Virus record (IMG/VR): IMGVR_UViG_3300044674_000258
Location: 1-28,543 of that record
Strand: one strand, 5' to 3'
DNA: 28,543 bases
DNA from: a virus
Taxonomy: Duplodnaviria > Caudoviricetes
The position numbers and the translations under genes were made by a program. How positions within the stretch are numbered: position 1 is the stretch's first letter; each line of letters opens with the position of its first letter. The notes below the pieces were generated by a model that did no database searches, was not told where the DNA came from, and saw only the letters and a list, made by a program, of their open reading frames with translations. Shown here piece by piece: positions 7,601-15,583 of the stretch.

Positions 7601-10600
7601 TGCTCCTCAATCATGTAGCGGTCAAGTCGATACTCGACCTCGTCCTTGATAGAGCGCGACTCCGACAACTGCTGGAGCATCTGCTCGTTACTCTCGAAGC
7701 CGAACATGTTGCGGGCTACGTCGAGCGGGATGCCGTTCTTCTTCTTCAGCAGGCCACGCCTCGCCAGCTTCTTCGCCATCTTCTCGTCAATGGCAGCGAC
7801 AGCCTCGTAACTCAGGCGCGTGCTCTCAGCCTTGGCAGGCTCAACCCTCGGGTTGTCTACCGCACGGTAGTAGCCGTTGTAGATGTAGCTCTGAAGTTGG
7901 AAGATCTGCGTCTCGCGAACCTCGGCGTCGATGTCCTCGCGAGCCTTGGCTTCCGTGCGACGACGCTCCTCACGAATCTTGCCACCCGTGCGCTCGCGAG
8001 CCCGACCCTGCCAGCCGACCTCCTCCATCCGACGCTGGGTCAGTTCCGCCTGCGCCTCCGCGATGGCGTCCTTGAAGTCCCGGTCGTATTCGTCGTAGTC
8101 CTGTGGGTCACGGCCAGCCTCGACCCACTGCTCGCGAGTCACCAGCCGGGCAGTCATGTCATACTGATCGAAGAAGTCCATCGTGTCCCGCTCGGCGGAC
8201 ATCATGCGCCCAAAGATGGCGCGGACATCGTCGTTCAGAGCAGGCAAGGGGCGCTTGAACTCGTCTTCGTATTCCTTCTGGAACCGCTTGACGATCTGCT
8301 TGTAGCTCTCGTTGATGTAGTTCAGCAACCTCTGGAAGATGCCCTTGAGTTGCCTGCTCGGCGCTTCGCCCTTGTAGAGGAACAACTCGAACGACGCGGC
8401 GATGGCTTCGTGGAACGGGCGGCGAGCGTCTAGGTCCATCTGACGCCAGTCTTCCAGCGTGCCCTTGTAGCCCGCCCATTCCAGCAGGGCCGTCGTGTCC
8501 TTAAGCACCTGCTTCTCCAGCGCGTTGCGCTGCGCCTCCTCCTTCTGCTCGATGTTCAACGACATGTTGGACATCAACTCCAAGTTCCAGTGCATCAACT
8601 CGTGCATCAGAGTTGTGGGCTTGGCGTCGGGGTCGAGCAGGATCTTCTGGATGGCGTCCGTGCCCTCGAAGGAGGCGGTGCCTAGAACCTTCTTGTCGCC
8701 CTCCTTGCTGTAGAGGATGCCAGGGTCGGCGCTGAAGTCGCCCTGGTTCTGGGTGGACTTGATCTGGTTGGGGTCGAAGGCGACGTATTCAACTTCTCCA
8801 ATAATAGCACCGTCATGCCCTTGCTCTTCCGCTTCACGCAGAGCCTTGGCTTGCTCCTCAAGAGATAAACCCCTAGGCACTATCGCTGGATTTTTGATCG
8901 TCACATAGGCGGGTATAGTTCTCCCCCCCTTTTCTTGACCGCGAGAGCCTTCAGTAAAATATGGAGAGGGGGTCGAACTAAAAAAGATGCCACCTGATCC
9001 TGGCTCGCGGCCATAGGTGAACATGCTTCCTTCGGCCTGCCGATCAAACTTAGAAAACTCTGCGGTTGTCGCGTGGTAAACCACTAGCGGCTTACCGTCC
9101 TCGTCTACCACCTTGCTGTCCCCGAACCAGCGCACGAAGTTCTGGTAGACAGGCTTGCCGTTGGGGGCGACGCGGTCCCCGAACTGCTCCTTGGCCCAGG
9201 CTACAACCTCGGGGCGGTAGGCGCTTTCGTCAAACGCTGCCGCTGCCTCCTTGCTGTAGAGGAACTGCTCCTTCCCGGCCACCTTGGCGTTCTTCGCGAA
9301 CACCTGACTGCCGACCTGCACCACCTCGTCGGCGCTGACTAGCGGCTCACCCGTCTTGCGGTCGTAGTAGTAACCGTGACGCTCAGGGTCAATGCCGACC
9401 TGACGCCACGCAGGGTCGGTCAGGGCTTCTTGGGCGATCTTGGTTGCTTCTTCTACGGTCGTAGGCATCCAGTCGCCGTATATGACGCCGAGCTTGTCCT
9501 TGTTCTCACCAAGCGCGACAGCCTTGGCCGTCTCCTGGTGCATCACCATCTCGGCGTTCGAGAGGCGGGCTACGTTGGTGTAACTAACCTCCTTTCCGCC
9601 CCGCTGGTAGCCCTTTGCCTTCTTGCTCTTGGCACCGACATCGTGGACCGCGATGGTTCGAGCACCCTTCTTGGTCGAAGGAATGTCCAGTCTGACGCCA
9701 ACCCTCCGACCAGCTTCCAAGTTCTGGTTCAGCAAGGCTACCTGCTTAGGCTTAAGAGCGTTCGACATCTCCTCGTTAGTTGGAGCGTCGTAAATCTGGT
9801 CGTCAGCCAAGACCGGCTTAAGGATGTCGGCCAAAGCATCCCGCTGCTCGCGAGTAATCTCGCCTCGGTCCATCGCCATCAAGGCTTCCTGCATCTTGAC
9901 GAAGCGACCAGTCCTCGGAAGACGCTTCTCGTTGGACAGGTCGAATAGACCTTGCGCGTTACGAGGAGGCAGCAGAGACAAGAACTTGGCGGTCTGTTCC
10001 GGCGTGGCGTCGCCCTCGAACAACTGCGTCGCAGCAGGACCGGGCTGGGCGGCAGGCTCAGGAGCGGGCTCAGGCGTCGGGGCCGCCTCGACCTCTACCG
10101 CCTCTTCCTGCTTCTTCTCTACTCTCTCCAGGCTCTTCTCTAGCTTGTCTAGCTGCTTTTGAAGAGCAGCAATCCGCCTGTTGTTGGATGCCTCGGCGAA
10201 CCCCTCGGAGATCCGAGAGTTCTTCTCCATGATGAGATCGACGCCACTCGACTCCAGGTAGTCGATGCGAAGCTGGAGACTGTCTGCTGCCCACTGAAGG
10301 AACTCCTCGCTGCCCTCCAAGAACGAGCCACCGATAGTGCCTTCGGGCGCTTCGTCCATGTCAGCAGTCTGGATCGCTTCAATCGCTCCCTTGCTGATCT
10401 TGGGGATGCGACGCACCTGGGGCTGGGCAGGCGCGACAGCGGCTTCTTCCACCACAGCAGGTTCAGCCGCAGGCTCAGGCTCCGCAGTAGGCTCAGGCTC
10501 TACCGCTTGGCGCTGCGGGTTCTCCGTGGCCGCGCTCGCTACGACAGGCGTGACACGGGTGACAGGAGCCTCGTTGGCTTCCGTCATCGCCTCAGACATC

Positions 10601-12408
10601 TCAGGCTCTGCCTCGACAACCTCGATGACAGGGGCTGCCTGCGCCGCCTCCTCGCCCAGCACACGCTGCTGGATCTCAGGCATGTAGCGTTCGACGAACT
10701 CCTTGGGGCTGATGCCTTGGACCGCCGCCGCTCGCGTGATGAAGGACGTTAGCACGGTCATGTTCGCCGCTACGTCCATGCCCTTGGCTGCTTCCTCCCC
10801 GATCACCGGCTCAACAGCAGCGCGGACAGCCTGACGGATCTCGACAAGCTCGTCCTCGACCTCCTCCATCTTCTGGAGTTCAGCCTTCTGCTCCTCCTCC
10901 ATGTCCTTGGTCATCTTCTCGCGGATGCCCATGAACTCTTCGCGCTCGCGGACGGTCATGCCGTCCTCCCTGTGAGCGACATGCTGGAACGCTGCCTTGA
11001 ACGCCTCAGTCTGCGAGAACACCTTGTCGAAGTCCGTCTTGGACAGTTCGACATCACCGTCGCGAGCCGCTGCCTCTTCCAACTTCTCCAGCAGGCCCGG
11101 TTGATACTCCTCTAGCGTGCGGCGGAACCCTCCTTCGGGCTTGCCCTGCTCGCGCTCCTGACGCTCGATGTCGCGCACCGTCTCCATGAAGCCTTGAGCG
11201 CGGAGGTAATACTTGTCATCCGGCAGCGTCTCACCGGCTTCACGGCTGACCTGCTCCGCAGCCTCGGGAGCCCTAGACCTTGCGTAGTTCTCGGCTGCCC
11301 TGACCGCTTCGCGCTCGTCGTGGAACGACTCGGCGGCTCGCATGTTCTCGATAGCAAGCCTGCCACCAGCAGGCAGGCCACCCAGCAGAACCATGCCCTT
11401 GGCAGTGTGCCAAGCAGCCTGCCCAAACGTCTCCAGATACTCGGGCTCGTAGAGGTTGTCGGGCCGGTAAAGCTCAGAGGCGCGGCGCTTGCCGAGTTCC
11501 GACCACACCTCTTGCACGCCTTCTGTCAGCGCCTCCAGGCCGATCCCTTTTAAGGCGTAGTCCTTGAGGATGATCTGCTTGAAGGCTTCGCCCGCCGTCT
11601 GCTTCTTCAAGAAGTCGCTGGCTTTGCCCTTCAAGGCTTCTCGACCCAGTGCCTTGAGTCCAGCGCCAGCACCCTTCAGACCTATTGCCTCAAAGCCTGC
11701 GATCACCGCACCGTAGGTAGCACCGATCTCCGCAGCCTGGGCAGGCGTGTAGCCGTCCATGACAAGGTCGGCGTAAAGGTTGCCTGCTTCAAGGTTGTAG
11801 CTGGTAGCAAACGCAACGCCCCCGGACACAAACGGAGCAGCAGGAGGGAACACAGCACCGGCTGCTGCGCCAGCCGCCAGCGAGTAGCCCAGCGTCTCCT
11901 GCATCGTGCCCAGCAGTTCGGCGGACGCCGCTACTAGACCCGGCTCGCTCTGCATGTGAGCGCGTTGCAGTTGGCGAGCACGCTCGATCTTGCGTCGCTC
12001 GTAAGGGTAGAGATCCCGGCCATCCAACATGGCGCGGGTGCCGATGTTGCCGATCGCTACCGTGTCACGGGCGACGTTGTAGGCGTTCGCGATCTCGTTC
12101 CACCAGCCTTCCGTCTCAATCAGGTTGCCCATGTCGTCGCGAGCCGCCGCGACGAAAGGGGTGTTAGAGAGGTTCCTGTAGAAGGTCGGGTAACTGCGAG
12201 CAACTGTGTCGTTGTAAAGCTGCTGAGAGGCAAACAGAGCCTCATAGTCAGGCAGGTTTTGACGAACGGTGTCCTCGTCTACATCCATCGCTGCTGAGAG
12301 CGACTGGATCTTCTTCTCCTTCTTGGGCTCGTAGCTTTCCGACTGCTTCCAGATGTATTGGAAGTCTGGTTGCTCTGGGAAGAGAGGGGGGACGAGGGAG
12401 TTGCTCAT
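4663..12408 (-). CDS. Large internal virion (DNA-ejection) polyvalent protein with ART domain and HExxH motif
   Basis: 2581 aa, mostly helical; third internal-protein position after the nozzle. N-terminal hydrophobic Gly/Ala segments; VVYHAT..GIFFS..EYVAFDPNQIKS (ART-PolyVal-like); TTLMHELMH; LKGGY.P-like motif (FKGGYIP). Confidence 0.85.
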   Translation of the reverse strand: MSNSLVPPLFPEQPDFQYIWKQSESYEPKKEKKIQSLSAAMDVDEDTVRQNLPDYEALFASQQLYNDTVARSYPTFYRNLSNTPFVAAARDDMGNLIETEGWWNEIANAYNVARDTVAIGNIGTRAMLDGRDLYPYERRKIERARQLQRAHMQSEPGLVAASAELLGTMQETLGYSLAAGAAAGAVFPPAAPFVSGGVAFATSYNLEAGNLYADLVMDGYTPAQAAEIGATYGAVIAGFEAIGLKGAGAGLKALGREALKGKASDFLKKQTAGEAFKQIILKDYALKGIGLEALTEGVQEVWSELGKRRASELYRPDNLYEPEYLETFGQAAWHTAKGMVLLGGLPAGGRLAIENMRAAESFHDEREAVRAAENYARSRAPEAAEQVSREAGETLPDDKYYLRAQGFMETVRDIERQEREQGKPEGGFRRTLEEYQPGLLEKLEEAAARDGDVELSKTDFDKVFSQTEAFKAAFQHVAHREDGMTVREREEFMGIREKMTKDMEEEQKAELQKMEEVEDELVEIRQAVRAAVEPVIGEEAAKGMDVAANMTVLTSFITRAAAVQGISPKEFVERYMPEIQQRVLGEEAAQAAPVIEVVEAEPEMSEAMTEANEAPVTRVTPVVASAATENPQRQAVEPEPTAEPEPAAEPAVVEEAAVAPAQPQVRRIPKISKGAIEAIQTADMDEAPEGTIGGSFLEGSEEFLQWAADSLQLRIDYLESSGVDLIMEKNSRISEGFAEASNNRRIAALQKQLDKLEKSLERVEKKQEEAVEVEAAPTPEPAPEPAAQPGPAATQLFEGDATPEQTAKFLSLLPPRNAQGLFDLSNEKRLPRTGRFVKMQEALMAMDRGEITREQRDALADILKPVLADDQIYDAPTNEEMSNALKPKQVALLNQNLEAGRRVGVRLDIPSTKKGARTIAVHDVGAKSKKAKGYQRGGKEVSYTNVARLSNAEMVMHQETAKAVALGENKDKLGVIYGDWMPTTVEEATKIAQEALTDPAWRQVGIDPERHGYYYDRKTGEPLVSADEVVQVGSQVFAKNAKVAGKEQFLYSKEAAAAFDESAYRPEVVAWAKEQFGDRVAPNGKPVYQNFVRWFGDSKVVDEDGKPLVVYHATTAEFSKFDRQAEGSMFTYGREPGSGGIFFSSTPSPYFTEGSRGQEKGGRTIPAYVTIKNPAIVPRGLSLEEQAKALREAEEQGHDGAIIGEVEYVAFDPNQIKSTQNQGDFSADPGILYSKEGDKKVLGTASFEGTDAIQKILLDPDAKPTTLMHELMHWNLELMSNMSLNIEQKEEAQRNALEKQVLKDTTALLEWAGYKGTLEDWRQMDLDARRPFHEAIAASFELFLYKGEAPSRQLKGIFQRLLNYINESYKQIVKRFQKEYEDEFKRPLPALNDDVRAIFGRMMSAERDTMDFFDQYDMTARLVTREQWVEAGRDPQDYDEYDRDFKDAIAEAQAELTQRRMEEVGWQGRARERTGGKIREERRRTEAKAREDIDAEVRETQIFQLQSYIYNGYYRAVDNPRVEPAKAESTRLSYEAVAAIDEKMAKKLARRGLLKKKNGIPLDVARNMFGFESNEQMLQQLSESRSIKDEVEYRLDRYMIEEQSGLTDPVLVEERIQAAIHNRMRERVIGLELRYILNNGKNTKEELANAREMARDIIARTPTGDINLTAYNRAAARARKKALKALKDGDMEAAAFAKRQELLNEALIREGGKAREEVRKLVNANKRVFRHRSDKSLAKAGYDVVIVKGLRALLSRLGIGGAFEGDPAAAMDAMRQKHPEFSREMESEIEHFLGLDLPEARVGDRRKQMERLTLADAKRLRTLMNIWLKRAKDDRSAVLQGKKQDIETAQESLLTRISRISAKDRAINEKENGWWSRIRDFASDLIRFEQLFRRIDGGETGPWTSVFRTIKDAANNLRVAFKGFLDFFQKGLKGLDLKMPGGERMITAEIPGARKPVVFGSGNTAAKLELMHFAMHFYGNASNRERLVAGLTGPDGNRAAVEAGIGRFLQSQIDQGVLTLKDFQFMQSLFDKLADDGLFKKAQEVMYRTRGYEMETVEPTPFTITFPGATEATEFKGGYIPVRYARDEDGGTLTEATLEEGQISPEQQHMRVMEYLPSFTKNRVKDVQDGRALELDLRQVLHHAHEVYRFIHMTEPGTDAYKIINGLDGNSPVKAAFVARFGNKAYRNLLAWLKRSTYQATEREALAAGQALNAIARNANMGVMFLNAGNSLQNYSGLAIPMRRLGFSRVAGSFIRTLFNPSVRQDIIGKSKEMAIRLERQVFDILQSQRKIVTSQDSAWARLQDWTNKYAYILQQITQNHVDVAVWQAAYNKRVQELGGGIESEAEAVAYADSEVRRTQMAGEREDLSLFESQGGLVRALFPFKSWFINWGNTTYAQGRIDADETERSKYAALASTYFYALMVPAMLASAATILARGQLGEQFEDDDDDGYGDEAFTFWARSQLDQVFGGIPLADQGWQMIANYWFDDEYWNNRFPLTPWQRAYENVIRGTTRLGDRPLAGSLDLASEIATMFGVPARGALRRISLIGDEIAGELESESTYDLIRGAVTGQRSDLQRLSQ
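8700..9263. repeat. Exact 18-bp direct repeat pair bracketing the ART domain
   Basis: CCTCCTTGCTGTAGAGGA at 8700-8717 and 9246-9263. Spacing is 546 bp (182 codons), and both copies encode LYSKE. Confidence 0.92.
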
Positions 12409-12412
12409 TAGT

Positions 12413-14785
12413 TTAGTTGATCCTGTAGCGTTGCTTCAGAGCGTCGAATCGACTGAGCGTTTCGCCGGGAGCATCACTTGAGCGCGGCAAACTGTTTAGT
12501 AGAGCCTTGGTTTGATTTGGGAAGAACTTCTCGTCTCTCTTTGGACCAGGGTAAAACTGCAAAGCAAACTCGTTGAACTCCTCTTCCCAATCCTCATCTA
12601 GCGCAGTCTCGGCCCATTGTTTACGCAAATCTTCTAGAGAAGGCAGCGCCAAAAACTTCCGAATCCGCATGTTGGCCTTTGCCGTCTCGTCTCGCCCAAG
12701 ACTTCTTTCGACTTCTCGACCAAGAATGTCTGTGGCGAGATAAGTGGCTTTGAGTTCTGCAACATCCAACTCTAACAGGCTGCGGGCAATGTCTCTGTGA
12801 GCAGCCTCACGCACCTCCTCGCTTTGAAGACGTTGACGTTCTTGGTTTTCCTGAAGCATGACTTGAGCCCGAGCTTGAACATCTGCCTCAGAAATCGTGG
12901 ACGTAGCTTCGACAAGGCTCGCCTGACGCATCGCGCCGCTTAGAGCCCTAGCCATCGTCGGGTCAAAGATGTTTGCTACAGCCGTCTGCTCCAGAAACTG
13001 CTGCTGAATAATCATGCCGCCTGATCGGAGCATTGCGGGGTCGCCCGCAAGCGCACGTTGCACCGCCTCGTTGCGCTGTTGCTCGCGAAGGTCTTCGCGG
13101 GCCTGCGGGATCAAGGCCAGCACGTCGTCTGGCACATCAGGAAGGTATGCGTATTCCGTCGTGTAGCGGTTGACGGTGTGGTCTTCGTTGTTCCATCCGC
13201 GTTCGTAGACAACCTTCGCGGCTTGCTGCAATATCTCGTTGCGGTTGACTTTCTCGTTGTCGGGAACTTGCGCCAAGATCGAGTTCGCAACGTCCATCAC
13301 GTCGATCTTGAACCTGTTGACCATCATGCGAAGAGCGTAGTTTGCCTCCGTCTGATTGCTTGCATACGGCGCTGAGACTCTTTTGCGGTAGGGGACGATG
13401 CCCTTGTCCTTTGCGTTCTTGCCGTCCAAGTGAAACAGCGCAGTCTCTACGACTTGGTCTTCGTCCGTGTCAAAGACATCGAACTCAACACGACTGGACT
13501 TGCTCTTGCCGCTAGACCTACGACCAGTAGAAGCGTCTTCGTCATATCTGTTGCGCTGACCGGCCAAAGTTGTGGCGTCGGCGTAGGACATCCCTTTTGA
13601 GCGAGCGTAGGCAAAGACCTGCGCCCCGTTCCCGATGTCCATCAGCGCTGGGATGTTGTTTAGCAGCGATGCGTAAACGGCTTTGCCAGACGGCGTTGTT
13701 TGATCGCGCTCTGTTTCGACCTCGTTTTGGAACTTCTCCAAGTCAAAAGAGATCCCTTGTCCGCGAGCCTGTTGAGTTTCTTCTGACGTTAAAGGCTCGC
13801 GATTGTAGATTTTGTTCTCTAGCCTTTGCCTCAAGTCGGCACGCGCTTCGAGTTCTGCTTTACGCCCAGCGGCATATCTCGAATCAAGCGCCTGCAATCG
13901 AGCCTTTGCCGTTTTAGGATCTGTCGCAGCCAGTTCGTCGATTTCTTGGAGAGCCTCTTGGTAGCTTTTCTTGCTTTGAAAGGTCAGGGCTGCCCAAGCA
14001 AAAGCATTGGATTGGGCCGACTTCTTTTCCACAAGATCGGCCAGAGCCTGACTCTGCGTCTGGCTCAAGACCCCTTCCGGCAGTTGGCTTAGTAAGCTTT
14101 CTACGGCTGCGATCTTAGAGGGGTCTTCGCTGTCGAGGTTGGCTGTGACGATGGCCTCAAACAGCTTGTCGCGCTTCCCCATCGCCCAAGCCTGCAAGGT
14201 CTCTCCTTCCAAGCCTTGCGCTTCGCCCTCCTTCATCACCAAGTTGCCCCAGCGCCCGAAGTCCACCAGCGACTCTACGCCGGGGTTGGCGACCATGCTG
14301 TCTTGGAGCACAGCCTGAGCCATGATGTTCTGGGTCTGCTCGTAGGCTGCCGCCTGCTCCATGTAGTGAGACTGGCCGCGCAGATCAGCACGCGATCCAA
14401 TCTTGTCGAAGATCGGCATGGCAGCAGCCCGCTGCATGTCGTTCATCAACATGCCGCCTGCGTTGTCACGCAGTTCTTGGACCTGCTGCTGGAACGCCGC
14501 GAGACCGTCTACACCGTTCTGACCCTTCTTCTGCTGATACTCCAAGAACGCCTTGTTGACGCCGTTCTCAAAGACGTTCGTGGCTTCTTGGGCGCGAGCG
14601 TTGTTGACCTTGTCCTCGATCTCTAGCCCGATCTGAGAGACGACTTGCCCGATACGCTCCATCCGAGCGCCGCGCTGCATCGACTCCTGCATCTCCATCG
14701 GGCGGCCCCCGTAGGCCACAACCCCAGGAGCTTGGAACTGCGGTCGCGACGTAGGCGACAGCCCGATAGTAGGAACTCTAGGCAT
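12413..14785 (-). CDS. Internal virion protein (T7 gp15-like position)
   Basis: 790 aa helical protein with an MPRVPT N-terminus typical of this class; located between the small and large internal proteins. Confidence 0.7.
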   Translation of the reverse strand: MPRVPTIGLSPTSRPQFQAPGVVAYGGRPMEMQESMQRGARMERIGQVVSQIGLEIEDKVNNARAQEATNVFENGVNKAFLEYQQKKGQNGVDGLAAFQQQVQELRDNAGGMLMNDMQRAAAMPIFDKIGSRADLRGQSHYMEQAAAYEQTQNIMAQAVLQDSMVANPGVESLVDFGRWGNLVMKEGEAQGLEGETLQAWAMGKRDKLFEAIVTANLDSEDPSKIAAVESLLSQLPEGVLSQTQSQALADLVEKKSAQSNAFAWAALTFQSKKSYQEALQEIDELAATDPKTAKARLQALDSRYAAGRKAELEARADLRQRLENKIYNREPLTSEETQQARGQGISFDLEKFQNEVETERDQTTPSGKAVYASLLNNIPALMDIGNGAQVFAYARSKGMSYADATTLAGQRNRYDEDASTGRRSSGKSKSSRVEFDVFDTDEDQVVETALFHLDGKNAKDKGIVPYRKRVSAPYASNQTEANYALRMMVNRFKIDVMDVANSILAQVPDNEKVNRNEILQQAAKVVYERGWNNEDHTVNRYTTEYAYLPDVPDDVLALIPQAREDLREQQRNEAVQRALAGDPAMLRSGGMIIQQQFLEQTAVANIFDPTMARALSGAMRQASLVEATSTISEADVQARAQVMLQENQERQRLQSEEVREAAHRDIARSLLELDVAELKATYLATDILGREVERSLGRDETAKANMRIRKFLALPSLEDLRKQWAETALDEDWEEEFNEFALQFYPGPKRDEKFFPNQTKALLNSLPRSSDAPGETLSRFDALKQRYRIN

Positions 14786-15582
14786 TACCGACCGAAGTAG
14801 TTGTATCGAGGGTTACGGTTCTCCTGCTGGGCTTGGTAGAGCAGGTATTCAGAACCGATGCGGGACGCGCCGCCTAGCAGGGTCGTAAACGTACTGGCAG
14901 GGCGAGCCATGTCTTCCAACGCCGCAGCAGATGTCCGGCCCAACAAGCCCTGCGCTCGCAGGTTGACCGCCTGCGTCCTTCGAGCCTGTGCCTCACGCAT
15001 GGCGTTCGTGTCGATGTTGTAGGCGTCGATCTCCTTGACCAACTCTAGGCTAGCCTGCGTCTCCGCAGCGGAGCCTGCGCCGATCCTGACGCCTCTCGCG
15101 CCCTGTCTGGTCAACTCCTGCGCCATCTCCAGACCGGCGCGCATGGTCAACTGCGCCTTCTGCTGCTGACCCGCCTCCAGAATGCTGGCCGCGTCTTCCA
15201 CCGCCATGCTCGCGCTGATGTTGGCCATGTCCGCCGCGAACCGCATGGACGACGCTTTGGACCTCGCTTCATACTGCGCTTGCTTGGCGGCGTAGTAGTT
15301 GCCGATCATCTGCTGGACCTGACCCCCAATCATGGAGATCGCGCCAGCGTTCTGAATGCTTGCGGCTTGGTCGAGTTTGGCTTGAACCGCCTGCCTCCCG
15401 AGATACCCCTCGACGTTCAGCGGGGTGTTGGTGACAAACTCAGGACCACTGAGGCTGAAGCTCGGCGAAGCCGACCCAAGAAGGGTTCCACCGAAAGCCT
15501 GCTGACTAGGAAGCGCCCCAGCAGCAGCAAAGTCGGCGTAGCCAAACGAGGCAGTTGGGCCTAAACTGCTAAATCCGCTCAT
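14785..15582 (-). CDS. Internal virion protein (T7 gp14-like)
   Basis: Ala/Gln/Gly-rich helical protein with the GARGV.IG.GSA motif and coiled-coil segment; directly after the nozzle gene. Confidence 0.7.
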   Translation of the reverse strand: MSGFSSLGPTASFGYADFAAAGALPSQQAFGGTLLGSASPSFSLSGPEFVTNTPLNVEGYLGRQAVQAKLDQAASIQNAGAISMIGGQVQQMIGNYYAAKQAQYEARSKASSMRFAADMANISASMAVEDAASILEAGQQQKAQLTMRAGLEMAQELTRQGARGVRIGAGSAAETQASLELVKEIDAYNIDTNAMREAQARRTQAVNLRAQGLLGRTSAAALEDMARPASTFTTLLGGASRIGSEYLLYQAQQENRNPRYNYFGR

Positions 15583-15583
15583 G

